Shown one piece after another: positions 9,400 to 23,040 of a DNA stretch of 64,000 nucleotides (position 1 is the stretch's first letter; every line of letters begins with the position of its first letter). Source of the stretch: a virus (taxonomy: Duplodnaviria > Caudoviricetes); the IMG/VR virus record IMGVR_UViG_3300029305_005185, positions 96,001 through 160,000 of that record; one strand, written 5' to 3'. The position numbers and the translations under genes are program-made. Under the pieces are notes generated by a model. The model was not told the DNA's origin, did no database searches, and was given only the letters and a program-made list of their open reading frames with translations.

Positions 9400-10848
9400 A
9401 TGGCGACAGTTTTAAGCACTAAAATCATTCTTCGTAATGATACTGCGGCTAGTTGGTTAGAACACAATCCAATTCTATCTGCCGGCGAATTTGGTATTGA
9501 ATGGGATACTGGTTTATTTAAAATCGGTAACGGTACAACCACCTATAACAAATTACCATATGCCGGCGCTCCTAGTGCAAGCGGTTCTGCTATTCTAGAT
9601 GCTGATGGATATACCTTAAGCGCGAATCTAGAACGCAAACTTGGCTTAAACAAATGGGGCATAGAATACCACAAATGGGTTGGCGACCACTATGAGCTTG
9701 TTCCCGTTGATGCGAACAATCCATGGAAAATCAACTTACAACCAAAAGTCGCGCAAAACCCAACCACTGGTACCTTAGAGCTTGCTTGGTTTGAACCTTC
9801 CCCAATTTCTGCGGAAGACATTTCTGGCGCAGTTTCCGATTTACAAGAAACTGTTAATACTCTAAGTACTACTGTTGGTACAAAGGAAGATGCCGCAGGA
9901 ACTGATAGTGTTTTTGGCGCAATAGCAACGCTAGACCAAAAACATAACGAACTTGCCGCGATTTCACTTCCTCTCACCGGCGGCCAAATGACAGGTGAAC
10001 TTCTACTTGCAGACGGTTCTCCTGCAGTTTCTGAGAAAACTGTAGATGATAAGATTACCTATGCTGTCGTAAACATGGGCACACTAAAACGCAAAGTAGT
10101 TACTGTTCTTCCTGATGTGGCTGATGCTGATGAGAACACAATTTATATGATAAAGAAGGGAACTTCTTTATTAAGCAATAGTTACGATGAATATTTCTTA
10201 ATTGAAGGTACATTTGAATTAATTGGCGATACGTCTGCCGATTTGGAAGATTATATCAAAAAGCCATTAACATTCACCGAAGGAAATATTGCTTTATTTA
10301 GTAATGATGGTTCAATTAAAGATGCCGGCATTACTGCTAAAGATATATCAGAACATATTGCTGACAATGTTCTTCACATTACTGCCGAAGAACGTGCTCG
10401 TTGGAACTCTGGAACTGGTTCTGGCGAAGCTCCAATTTATATTTTCGGTTCTGGCTTACAAGCTGACAATACTGGCGCAGTAACTTTAAAAGTTGCTGAA
10501 GAAAGTAATGGTATTACCGTTAGTGATGACGGTATTGCTCTTGCTCTTGCAACCAATGAATCCGCTGGCGCGATGTCCGCTGCACAATATTCTAAAATTT
10601 CTAATATGAAAGATATTTAGGGTGTTGTTCTTGGTGATATTGTTGAAGCAGCTTTCGACCCAAAGAATCGTGTACATATTCCAATGGCAAATTCTGTAAG
10701 TCCTGGTGTTGTAGTTTCCTCTAGTGCTACCAACTCTATTGCAGTTGATATGCTTTCTGGTACCATGACCGTAAATACAATTGAAACAAGTAAACTTGTA
10801 GTTCCTGAAGGACAAGAGCTAATCTTAAATGGTGGCTCTGCTTCTTAA
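9400..10848 (+). CDS. Tail fibre-like protein with Mtd_N/hyaluronidase-N domain; TAG 10618 read as Gln
   Basis: IILRNDTAASW..HNPIL.AGE.GIE.DT..FKIGNG...YNKLPY; frame open to TAA 10846 (ELILNGGSAS). Confidence 0.8.
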
Positions 10849-10875
10849 TTTTATTAAAAAGTGAGGTAAAAATTT

Positions 10876-12627
10876 ATGGCTGATAATCATACCCTAAATA
10901 CTCGCATTAAACTTAAATATGACAGTTATGAAAACTGGATTGCAAAGGACCCTGTCCTACTAGCTGGCGAAGTTGCCATTGCTACCGTTGCTTCTAATGA
11001 TGCTGAAGGCAAGCCTGGCTTTCAAAACCTACCCAACATTGTATTCAAGGTTGGTGACGGAAGCAGCAAATACAGCGCCCTAAAGTTCGTATCTGCTCTA
11101 GCTGCTGACGTACACAGCTGGGCTAAGGCTGCTGATAAGCCTGTTTACACCGCCGCTGAAATTGATGGAATCAAGGCTTATATTGATGGCGTAATTGGCG
11201 ATCACAGTGAAATTCAAGATACTGATACCAAGTATATCATGGAAACTGTAGATGGCAACACCTATAAGTACGGTCTATATTCTACCAACAAGGCTGGCGA
11301 AAACAAGACTCTAGTATATACTCTAGACCTAAGTGGTGTAGACGGACGTCTAGATGATCTAGAAGCCGCTGTTGGTGAATCTGGTAAAGTTTCTCAACAG
11401 ATTGCTGCTGCTATTGAAGCTATCGCAGTTGCCGAAACCAACCTTGGCACCACTGAAATGTATTCTGGTTACAAGCAGGTTGGCGGTATTGTAACTCTAA
11501 ACAAGCGTACTCTAGGTATTGCTAACGTAGATGGCCTACAGACCGCTCTAGACGCTAAGCAGGACAACTTAGTCTTCGAGACTGCTTATGATGCTGCTAC
11601 CAATAAGGTTGCCACTATGGCTAACGTTACTGGTGCTATCGACGCTCTAGATAAGGCCGATGCCGCTGTTGAAAAACAGTTTGTAACCGCCGTATCTGAA
11701 GAAAATGGTATCATCACTGTAAGTCGTGCTGCTCTAAAGGCTTCTGATATTCCTAATATCACTCAGAGCCAGGTAGACGGCCTAGAAGATGCCTTAGATG
11801 CTAAGCAGGATAACCTAGTAATTGCCGACAATTACAATGCCGAAAGCAATAAGGTTGCTACCGAAGCTACCGTAACTAAGGCTGTTGCTGACTTAAATGG
11901 TGCTATGCACTTTGAAGGCGTTGCGCCTAAGGATCCCACTACCTTCACCAACAAAGAAAATGATGTTTATAGTGGTGGCGACGTCTTACTATTCGGTTAT
12001 GACGAATATGTATATGATGGAAATACTTGGCACAAGCTAGGCAACGAATCCATTTATAAGCTAAAGAGCGAAGCTGCTACCGAGCACGAAGCTATGCAAG
12101 GTGAAATTGATGCTCTAGAAGCTAATAAGCAGGATAACCTTGGCTTTGAAGGTACCTACAACAAGGACACCAACAAGGTTGTAACCAAGTCTGCAATGAC
12201 TGATGCCATCACCTCTGCTGTTGACGCCCTAGATAAGGCTGATACTGCCGTTGAGCATCAGTTCGTAACTAGCGTAAGCGAAGAAAATGGTGTTATTACT
12301 GTTCTACGCGCTCAGCCTGCTATCGCTGACGTAAATGGTCTAACCGAACGTCTAAGCGGTATTGACAGCGAGATTGCTAAGAAGCAAGATATTGTTGGTT
12401 TTGCCGATGATTACAATAAGGACACCAATAAGGCTGCGACCGTAGCAACCGTAACCAATGCTATCAATGCTCTAGACAAAGCTGATGCTGCTGTTGAAGG
12501 ACAGTTCGTTACTGCTGTACCTCAGGAAAATGGTATTGTAACCGTTTCTCGTGCTGCTGTAACCACTGACCACATCCAGCAAGGCACCAAGCCTTTCATT
12601 CTTGATTGTGGCACTGCCACTCTTTAA
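10876..12627 (+). CDS. Repetitive fibre protein with Mtd_N domain (no TAG)
   Basis: Mtd_N N-terminus; repeated ALDKADAAVE.QFVTAV.EENGI.TV.R and AKQDNL units. Confidence 0.85.
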   Translation: MADNHTLNTRIKLKYDSYENWIAKDPVLLAGEVAIATVASNDAEGKPGFQNLPNIVFKVGDGSSKYSALKFVSALAADVHSWAKAADKPVYTAAEIDGIKAYIDGVIGDHSEIQDTDTKYIMETVDGNTYKYGLYSTNKAGENKTLVYTLDLSGVDGRLDDLEAAVGESGKVSQQIAAAIEAIAVAETNLGTTEMYSGYKQVGGIVTLNKRTLGIANVDGLQTALDAKQDNLVFETAYDAATNKVATMANVTGAIDALDKADAAVEKQFVTAVSEENGIITVSRAALKASDIPNITQSQVDGLEDALDAKQDNLVIADNYNAESNKVATEATVTKAVADLNGAMHFEGVAPKDPTTFTNKENDVYSGGDVLLFGYDEYVYDGNTWHKLGNESIYKLKSEAATEHEAMQGEIDALEANKQDNLGFEGTYNKDTNKVVTKSAMTDAITSAVDALDKADTAVEHQFVTSVSEENGVITVLRAQPAIADVNGLTERLSGIDSEIAKKQDIVGFADDYNKDTNKAATVATVTNAINALDKADAAVEGQFVTAVPQENGIVTVSRAAVTTDHIQQGTKPFILDCGTATL

Positions 12628-12701
12628 TTAAATAATATGCCGACCGACTGATGTCGGTCGGCATTTTTTTCATATATAATTCTATTAAAAGGAGAATGCA
12701 C

Positions 12702-15700
12702 ATGAGTAGAAAATTAATCACCAAGATTATTCTACGCAACGATGTAACTCAAAATTGGTTACTCGTTGCCGATACCATGGTACTCCTACGCGGTGAAATT
12801 GGTTTAGAATATACTGATACTGGCGTAAAAATGAAAATAGGTGACGGCATCTCTACATGGGGACAGCTTCCTTATTTTGTTTCTGGCGCTGGCACAGCCG
12901 AACTACCTGAGAATTTTACTTGGGCTGATTTACTAGGTGTAGCCGCTGAAGGAGAAACAACCTCCACTACAAATATTGGTTTAGTAAAACCCGCTTTAGC
13001 AGATAAAGTTGATGTTAATATTTTAAATGCTAATGCTGAAATTATTGATACTAATATTTTTGACCTAACTGAAAAAATTGGTTCTTTAACTACACTTGTT
13101 GAAGAAAATGTCAATCAAATTCGTGCTACTTTAGCTGATTATGAAGGACGCATTGCGGCTCTAGAAAACAATAGTCCTGAAATTGATTCTGCTGAATTAG
13201 AAGCATTAAAAACTTCTGTTGCAGAATTAACTGAACGTGTTGTAATTCTTGAAAATCGCCAACCTACTGAAGGTGGTACTGTTGATTTCACTGAAATCAA
13301 TAATGCGATTGCAGCCTTAGACAAGCGCATTGTAGCTATAGAAGAATCTTTTGTTAAAAAAGAAGAACTAACTTCTGTAAAAGATGAATTTAATAAAACT
13401 CTTGAAAATTATACTACCAGAGAAGATTTAAGTTCTGTAAAAGAAATTGTTTACGGAAATACCGAGTGTATTACTGAAGTTGAAAATTTCGCTAAAAAGT
13501 TAGAAGAACAAGCCGGCCGTGTTAATGTATAGCTAAATGAAATGACAGAAAAAGACCTTTCTCTTGAACGTCGTATTACCACTCTTGAAGAAAATGGCGT
13601 TCCAGGTGATGGCGGTTCTGCCGAAGTAAGTCCTGAAACTCTTGCTCAAATTGAAGCTAATACTGCTAATATTGCTACTCTAACTGAAACTGTTGGTGGA
13701 TTTGACGAACGTATTACTACTGCAGAAGAAAATGCCGCGACCGCTTTAACCTTTGATGAGCGCATTACCGCTGCTGAAACTACTGTCGCTGGTTATGATA
13801 CTAAAGTTAATGCTGCCGTAGAAGCTACTCAAGCTATTACTGGTATGCAAACTACCATTAATGAAACAACCGCTCGTATGGAAGCAGTTGAAACAGAAAT
13901 GGAAGCTACCAACACTAATGTAGAAGCTATGGGTACTCGTGTTGAAGCAGCAGCTTCTGTCGTAGAAGAATTTGATGGCCGCGTAACTACCACCGAAGCT
14001 CGTTTAGAAGAATTAATTGAAGCTTCTTCTAATGGCGAACTTGACGGTGTAGCCGAAGTAGTTGATGCTCGCGTAGCAACTGATGGTACCACCTATGAAA
14101 ACTTAGGTTCTCACGTTCGTGCTTTAGGTGATGAAATCGCTTATGTAAAGAACAATACCGCTGATTTAGTTGGTGGAAAACTTGTTGATGGTCTTTCTTA
14201 TGAAGGATATATGCTACAATTAACTGCCGGCGGTAATCCTGTTGGTAACGCTGTAGAAATCAAGGGTGGTTCTGGTACTGGTACTGGTGGAGCAGGCACT
14301 TATACTGCCACTTTAACTAACCTACTAGATAGCCGTATGATTTCTGTTCCTAAAGGCGAATCTGTTGTACTAAAGTACAAGTATACTTCTGTTGATAACG
14401 AAGGGACTGACGATGGCGATGGCATCGGTGCAATTTCTGTTGAAAACGTTATCAAAGCTCGCTTCCCTGTAGCCCAAGGTGAAGTTGAAACAGATATTAC
14501 TAATTACTTAGTAAATGGTACCAACACTGTTAAATTAACTGTTGAAAACTCTGAAGGTACGGTAAAGACTATTATTTATACCGTTACTGTTATTGCTTTG
14601 ACTTTAACCACTCCCTTTGCTGAAATGAATACTTATTCTGGCGATGTGGGATTCCAATATACAATTACTGGTAATGGTGCTAAAGTAATTCATTTCATTT
14701 TAGATGACGATTATGAAGTTGGCACTGAAACTATCACTGCTGTAAATGCTACTCGTACTTTCACTATTCCAAAGCAAACTGATGGTGCTCATATTTTCAG
14801 TGTTTATGCCGAAACTGAAGCTGAAGGTACTATCATTCGTTCTGACGAATTACGTCTCGGTATGATGTGGACCTCTAGTGAAATGACTGAAAAAGCAGTT
14901 CTAGTTAATTATAACGGCGGTGAAAAGCAATAGGGTGAAATTATTCAGATTCCTTATTTAATATATGATCCATTCTCTCAAAATGCTGATGTATTCTTTA
15001 GCATTTATAATGAAGATGGTTCTTTATATTATGAATCTGAGTCTAGTATTGTAGACCAGACTGCTAAGATTTGGTCAGTACAAGATTTCCCTGAAGGAAA
15101 CACTGTTTTCCGTGTAACTGCTGGTAATAAAGAAGATACCGCGGAAACTAATGTATATGAAGAAGTTGTTATTAAGATTAATCCTTCTTCTTTCACTAAT
15201 ACTATAATTGATGATAACCTCCTACTAGACTTCAACGCTCGCAATAAGACTAATTATGTTGAAAACCCGGGCCACTGGGAATACAATGGTATTGTTGCTG
15301 AATTTGACAACTTCAACTGGGCAGAAGCCGATGGTTGGGTAACCGACAAAGATGGCGCAAGCGTACTACGCTTCCTACCTGGCGGCAAGATGGTTATTCC
15401 TTTCAAGCCTTTTGAAAGTGATATTCGTAACTCCGGTTACACCATTGAAGCAGAGTTTGCAACCAATAATGTTCGTGACTATGATAGCGTTGTAATTGAC
15501 ACTTACAGTGGCGGTCGTGGTTTGATTATTCGTTCTCAGAACGCAGCTCTAAACTCTGAACAGTCTGGTGTAGGTGTACAGTTCAAAGAAGACGCACGTA
15601 TTCGTTTGACTTTCGTAGTCGAACAGAACACTCTAAATCGTTTTGTATATGTTTATATTGATGGTATCCTTTGCGGCATCACTCAATATTCACTAACTGA

Positions 15701-18700
15701 CAACTTCAAACAGACCGACCCAGTTGATATCACTATTGGCGCTGAAACTTGTGGTCTTGACCTATATAATCTACGTTTCTATGGCCGCGCTTTTTCTATT
15801 GATGAACAACTCAACAACTTCATGTGCGACCGTTCTACTCTAGAAGAGCGTATTGCTGTTCGCGACCGCAATGCTATTACTGATGATGCTGGTAAGATTA
15901 CTGTAGACAAGATTAGTCTTTCTATCCCCTACATGATTATGGAATGTCCCGAACTTCCTCAATTTAAGGGTGATAAGAAAAAGAAGATGTCTGTAAAATA
16001 TGTTGATGGATTACATCCCGATTATAGTTTCGAGGCAACTGGATGCGAATTTGACGTACAGGGTACTTCTTCTGCTGGTTATCCCGTAAAGAACTTTAAA
16101 GTAAAATTAAAGAGTGGATTAACCTATACTGCTTCTGGCGAATATGCTGACGGTTGGTTATTTGATAAAGAAAACTCTCTACCCACTGAAGTATTCTGCT
16201 TAAAAGCTGACTACGCTTCTTCTGAACACGCTAATAACGTAATGTTAGTTGACTATTATGATAAGGTAAGCCCATATCGTATGCCTCCTCAGCAGATTGA
16301 TGACCGTGTTCGCAGTGGCGTAAATGGTAAGGCTATTATTGTTTTCTGGCACAATACCGATACTGGTGAAGTAACCTTCTAGGGTTGCTATAACATGAAT
16401 GATGATAAGTCTAATGAACAGACCTTTGGTTTCGTAGATATTGATGTTACTTCTTTAATTCCTGAACCTCGCATTGAATGCTGGGAATGGTGTAACAACA
16501 ATAATGACCTAGTTCTTTTCCTTGATGACGCCGCATTTGACCAAACTAAGGTTGATGAAGACGGTAAGCCCTATCCCGCTTGGCAGGATGACTTTGAACC
16601 TCGTTTCCCAGACTTAGATGACCATATGTATGGCGAACAAGAGGGCGAACTTGATAAACTACGTCGTATGGTTAGTTGGGTAGTTTCCACTAACCAAAAA
16701 ACAGCAACCAATAATATTATTGCTCCAGTAACCTTACCTCATTATTTAACTGGTGTACCAACTGAATATGCAGTTGATTCTGCTGAATATAGATTAGCGA
16801 AGTTCAAGTCCGAATTTGAAGATTACTTTGAAATGGATGCAATGACTTTCTACTATATCTTCACCGAAGTATTCCTCATGGTTGATAACCGTGCTAAGAA
16901 CATGTTCTTAACCACTTTTGATGGCGATCATTGGTTCCCAATTCCTTACGATATGGATACTGCGATTGGTATTAACAATGAAGGTGCTCTTGCCTTTGAA
17001 TATCACCTTGAAGATACTGACTATGTAGATGACGAGAAAGTATACAATGGTCAGGATAGCGTACTATGGATTAATTTCCGTATGTGCTTCCCCTCTGAAA
17101 TCCGCACTATGTATCAAGAACTTCGTTCTAACAATGAGAATCCTTTCTCTTACTAGGCTATTTACGAAAAGATGAAGAAACACCAAGAAACTTGGCCTGA
17201 AGTTGCTTGGAACTGGGATGCTCAGTTTAAGTATCTTGAGCCTTTCCATCTTGGTTCTAACAACCTTGCCATGCTACAAGGTAACAAAGCTTCTCAGCGA
17301 GATTGGTGGCTATATAATGCCTTTAAGTATCGCGATAGTAAATATCAGGCTGGTGAGTCTTTAACCAATTATATTCACCTTCGTTTATATGAAGCCGGTG
17401 AAATCAATATCGTTCCTTATTCTCACTTATACACTCGTGTTAAGTTTGGTCAAGCCAAAGACGAGACTCAAAGAACATTCCGTGACCAAACCGCTTGCTT
17501 CACTACTGAAGGTATTGCTGACTTAAATGACCTTGAAACACACATTTATTCTGCTGACCGTCTAGTAGACATCGGCGACTTAAGTGCTTTAAAGATTGGT
17601 TATTGTGACGTTTCTCCTGCTATTAAACTTGGCCGACTAATCCTCGGTAGTGAAGCAGATGGATATACCAATCCCAACTTAAAGACCTTAAACATTGGTC
17701 GTAATGAATTACTACAAGAGATTAATGTAAGTAACTGTACTGGTCTTGGTACTCCCGATAAAACTGGTGCTATTCCTACCGCCGTTATTGACGCTAGCAA
17801 GTGCCCCAGCCTTGAAGTACTAAAGGCAAAGGGAACTTCTGTACTCGGTGCTAACTTTACTGATGGTGGCCGTCTACGTGAAGTATATCTACCTGGTACT
17901 GTAACTTCCATTACTCTACGTAATCAGCATAACCTAGAAACCTTTGAACTAGAAAGCTACGCTAATATTTCTACCATCTTAATTGACAATACCGCTAATA
18001 TGCCTATTGAAGAAATGGTAGCAAATGCCGGCAAACTTGACCGTGTTCGTATTACTAATTAGTCTTGGAATGCCACTGATGAAGCTTCTCTATTGGCTAC
18101 TGTCCGTAAGTTAGCTGCTTGTGACGGTTTAAGTGCTGATGGTTCTACTACATTAGAAAATCAGCCTATCGTAACTGGTCGCGCGCATGTAGCTTCTATT
18201 AGTGAAGCAGCTCTTGAAGAAATCAATACTCTATTCCCAGAACTAATTGTTGTTGTAAATGGAGTACCAAAACTCTTTATGCGCTATCTAAACTACGACA
18301 ATACTCTACTCTATCGTTATGTAATTAACGCTGGTGAAGATGCTATTGATCCAATTGCGAAGGGTTATATCAGTGCTCCCGATCGCGCGGATACTGAAAC
18401 TGCAGAATATACCTTTATTGGTTGGTCTGAACTACCCACTAACGTACAGAAAGCTTATAACATTGTTGCTAAGTATGATGGACGTTTCCGCGTAGATTTT
18501 ACTAATCTTGAGGGTGAAGTTATTAATTCTCAATGGATTCTTGATGGCGAAGATGCGGTAGAACCCGTTTCTAGTGGCTTGGTAAATGCTCCTGTTAAAG
18601 AAAGTACAGCACAATATGATTACGAATTTGCTGGTTGGGATCGTAGCTTTATTAAAGTTGAAGAGCCTTTGGTTCTAAAACCTCTATTCAACCCAATTCT

Positions 18701-19625
18701 TCGTAGTTATAAAGTATTCTTCTATAATGATTCTACATTAATTGAAGAACACACTATCTTCTATGGTAGTACTGCTACTTTCACTGGAGATACTACTAAA
18801 ATTAAGAAAATCATTGGCGGAGAAGAAAGTATTTATTATGAATTCACTGGTTGGTCACCAAGTCCTGATAAACCAATTATTAGTAATACTTGGTATTATG
18901 CTGAATTCTCATTTAATGGCTATATTACTGATAGTTGGGAAACTATCGCTGCTGCCGCTAAAGCCGGGGATGTAAGTGCTTATGGCTTAGGCGGACGTAA
19001 GATTTTAGAATATAGTGTTAACGGAGTAAGTTATTCCAAAATTGAACTTGAAATTGTAGGAAAAAATCATGATATTCTTGCAAAAGAAGATAGTTCCTAT
19101 AACGGTGGTTCAGGAAAAGCCGCTTTAACATTTATTGCAAAATTAATAGGTGATGAAGCCCGTATTATGAACCAAACTCAGCATTCTATCGGTGCTAATA
19201 GCTCTCTAAATACTGGCGGCTGGGCAGTTTCTGATATGCGTCTATGGATGCAGAATACTCTTTGGGTAGCAATGCCCGCTGAATTACAAGCCGCTATCAA
19301 ACCAGTCATTAAAAAAAGCGATAATGGTTTCTTCGTTTCTACTATTCGTGAAACTGAAGACACATTATGGTTGCCTTCTGATCGTGAACTTAACTGCGAA
19401 AATACTGGCTTGGTTCTCGCTGGACAGGGCGAACCGTATCCTGTTTATACTGACGCAGCTAGTCGCAAGAAATAGAATAAGGGCGGTGGCTTAAAACTAT
19501 ATTGGACTCGTTCTACTGGTCGTGAAGGATAGCATTATTATCGTTACATTGATAGCCAAGGTAACGGTGGTAATCTAGGCGCGGCTTCTCAAAACCTTGG
19601 TGTAGCCTTTGGCTTCTGTATCTAA
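12702..19625 (+). CDS. Giant 2307-aa virion protein: Mtd_N, coiled coil, beta-sandwich/LamG-like, CotH-like kinase, LRR-like, InlB-B-like repeats, DUF6273/C-type-lectin-like end; 7 TAG read as Gln
   Basis: Six track ORFs share one frame, broken only by TAG (13530, 14931, 16380, 17154, 18060, 19473, 19530); motifs MVDNRAKNMF..YDMDT, YTFIGWS, YWTRS..GVAFGFCI. Confidence 0.85.
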
Positions 19626-19639
19626 GGAGGAAAACTAAT

Positions 19640-19999
19640 ATGTTCTATAAAGTAATGTTTAACAACATGGTCGTTGACCTCCTTACCGAGGCACGCTGGG
19701 TTCGTTATCTTCCTAATTCCAAACGCTTGGTTGCCACTGATAGCCAAGCGGCTAATGGAATTATGGGCAGCGACCATGATACTGTATATCATTTGTTTGG
19801 CAAGCCTTATACTTTTGATAAAGAAGTAAAAACTGTTGAGGTAATTAAGATTGACGGTGTAGAATATGAAAAACTACGTGGCCAATTTATGTTACAGCAA
19901 CAGGAAAATGAAAGCATGAAGAAAGAAATTTGCTCTTTAAAAGAGCAATTAAATTCTCAAGAAGCTTTGTTACAAGCTATTTTAGCTAAACTATCTTAA
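19640..19999 (+). CDS. Hypothetical protein (possible fibre assembly chaperone)
   Basis: SD AAGGAGG; C-terminal coiled coil; followed by hairpin terminator at ~20002-20033. Confidence 0.7.
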   Translation: MFYKVMFNNMVVDLLTEARWVRYLPNSKRLVATDSQAANGIMGSDHDTVYHLFGKPYTFDKEVKTVEVIKIDGVEYEKLRGQFMLQQQENESMKKEICSLKEQLNSQEALLQAILAKLS

Positions 20000-20141
20000 T
20001 AAATAGGGGAGAATTTTCTCCCCTATTTTTTTTGATTGTTAAGAATAAAATGCTTTAATGAATTGTTTTTTTTAACACATTATAAATGAGAGTAATCTCT
20101 TTTAAAAATTCCTTCTTATTTATAACATGGAGGTTAAACAT

Positions 20142-22961
20142 ATGGCATAGAAAGTTCTTAAAACTCGTATAAAACAAAGAATAGATACTGCCGAAAACTG
20201 GGCTCAAATTGCTGAAGCTCCATTAGAAGGCGAAATTATTATTTATAAATCAACAGACGATACAATCCCTGATAAAATAAAAATTGGCGATGGCGCGACT
20301 ACCGCTTCTAATTTACCTTTTATTACCGATGTTGATACTAATAATCTTTCCGCCGGCGTTCGCATTCCAGAGAGCGACACTAATTCTCTCGGCTCTGTTA
20401 CTCAGGGTATTTATTGGGAAAATGGTCGTCCTCAATTAATGTCTTACACTTTAGGTAAGAGTGTTCCTTCCAACGCAGTATTTACTGATACAAACACCAA
20501 AGTTACTTCTGCCGCTAATCACTATGCACCACAGACAGATAGTGCTTCTGCTTTAAATGTTGATGCTTCTAGTACAACTGCGGCAACTTGGGGTTCTACT
20601 AGTTTGGTTACTGGTGTTAATCTAACTCGTGATGCTAAAGGACACGTAACTGGCATGACAGTTGATTCAATTAAGATGCCATCCGACCCAACTTATACTT
20701 TACCTACAGCAACTTATAATACTCTTGGTGGTGTAAAACCTGCTTACACTTCAACTGGTTCTGCTACGCTAACTACTGCCGCTGCAACGAATACTACTAC
20801 TCCTACCATTCAAAAGAAATCTACTACTTCATCTCGTTATTATGGCGTAGAAGCAGACGTAAATGGTATTTTATTTGTTAACGTTCCTTGGACTGGTGAT
20901 ATTACTGGTGTAACTGCTGGCGATGGTTTAACCGGTGGCGGTTCTTCTGGTTCCGTAACGCTAAAAGTTGGCGCTGGCGCTGGTATTACTGTTAGTGCTG
21001 ACGCAGTTGGACATACTAACAGTGTAACTGCGGATACCGCTTCCGAGGGTGGCTCTGCTCGTACTTTGGCTCATGGTGGTACTTTTAATATCCCAAGTGT
21101 TACTTATGATACTGAAGGTCATATCACAGCAAAAGGTTCTACCACCTTAACTCTACCAAGTCTTCCCAACGCAGGTACAAGTGCGGGCGTTGTAAAGTCT
21201 GGTGGCGTAGCTACTATTGCTGATGGTGTAATTACTGCTGTTAGCGGCGCTAGCAATGCAGATACCGCAGGCACTGCTAATAAAGTAGCTAATTCTCTAT
21301 CAATTCAAGGCAATGGAACTGGTATTACTTTTGATGGTTCTGCGGCTAAAACTGTAAATATTAAAGGTTCTGGCACCGTTTCTGTAACTGGCAATACCAG
21401 TGGTGTAATTACTATTACTGGCTCAGCCCATCCTACTGCTTTAAAGAACCCAAATGCGTTGACTATAGATGTAAATGGAACTTCTACTTCTTACGACGGT
21501 TCTTCTACTAAGACTGTAACTATTAATGCCGCGGCTTTAGGTTTATCCAGTGCTATGCAATTTGGCGGCGTTGTAACTTCTTTACCAACATCAAGTACTG
21601 CTGGTACTGTTGTACTAATGGGTAATAAGGAATATGTATACGATACCAATGGAAATTGGGTTGAACTTGGTGACGAAGGAAGTCATGCTTTAAAAACAAT
21701 TAAAGTTACTGCTAATGCTGGTTTGACTGGTGGTGGCACTCTTGCTTCTGATATGACTATTGGTCATGCTAATAGCATCACCGCGGGCACCGCGCAAGGT
21801 AGCAGTGGTACATTAAGTCATGGCGGAACATTTACTATTCCTAAGATTACTTATGATGCTTATGGTCATATTACTGGCGCGTCTACTACAACTTATACAT
21901 TACCTGCTGATAGCAATACTCACTATACTGCTAACTTATATTTAGGTGCTTCTGGCGCTTCTTCTAATGCTACTACCGCAGTAAGCAATCCTTACTTAGT
22001 ATTACGTGAAAATAGCACTACAAGAAACAATATTCAATTAAAAGGTAGTTCTGGCATTTCTGTAAGTGGTGCAAGCGGAGTGGCAACTATTGGACATACC
22101 AACTCTGTTACCGCTGCTACCGCATAGGGTTCCGCAACTGGCACTTTAAGTTTTGGTGGAACATTTACAATTCCCACTATTACTTATGACGCTCAAGGAC
22201 ATATTACTGGTAAGGGCACTACAACTCTTACTATGCCAGCGAACCCCAATACCGATACTCACTGGACAGCCAACTTAATTACTGGCGCTTCTGCCACAGC
22301 GACCGCTAATGCGGCAGCATCTGATGGTAGCGTTTATTTGAACTTAATTGAAAATGGCAGTGTTCGCAATTCTCATCTCATTGATGGCGCGGGTACTGTT
22401 ACTGTTACTAGTGATACAAATGGCAAAATTACTATTACTGGTTCTGCGCATCCAACAGTTAATAATGCCAAGATTACCCTTAGTGCTGGTACTGGTCTAA
22501 CTGGCGGCGGAGATTTTACTCTAAATCAATCTGGTGCAGAGACAATTTCCTTTGGACATAGTAATAGTGTTACTGCTGGCACAGCGCAAGGCGGTAGTGG
22601 CCAGTTAAGTCATGGTGGTACTTTTACTGTACCTACTATTACCTATGACGCACAAGGTCACATTACTGCTAAAGGTACTACTACTTATACCTTACCTACT
22701 GACAATAACACAGATACCAAAGTAACTCAGGCAGCGGCAATTGCTACTAATGGTAATTATCCTGTTCTACTTGCTTATAGTACATCTACATCTTCTGTAA
22801 CTAATACTGTAAATAAGAGCACAACTTTGTTATATAATCCTTCTACTGGAACATTAAGTGCTACCAAGTTCAGTGGTAATGGTAATTCCTTAACAGATAT
22901 TAATGCAGTCCAATTAACTCTTGCTGATAGCGATGAATTGATTCTTGACTGTAATGATTAA
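20142..22961 (+). CDS. Gly/Thr/Ser-rich tail fibre with Mtd_N domain; TAG at codon 3 (20148) and 22125
   Basis: SD GGAGG; MA(Q)KVLKTRIKQRIDTAENW..; repeated TFTIP.ITYDAQGHIT units; ends LILDCND. Confidence 0.85.
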
Positions 22962-23040
22962 TAAAACTTAAAGGGCTGGCTGGAATGATGCCAGCTCTAT
23001 TTTCCAATATCTGGAATGATGATATAAAGGAGATGTTATT

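Noticed and set aside
18900-19625. Diversity-generating retroelement target (lectin-like C-terminus, Mtd_N domains)
   Set aside because: No reverse transcriptase or template-repeat copy seen in the window; it cannot be excluded elsewhere in the genome.
20133-20143. Partial palindrome GTTAAACATAT
   Set aside because: Only a half match, lying in the SD-ATG spacer; likely chance.
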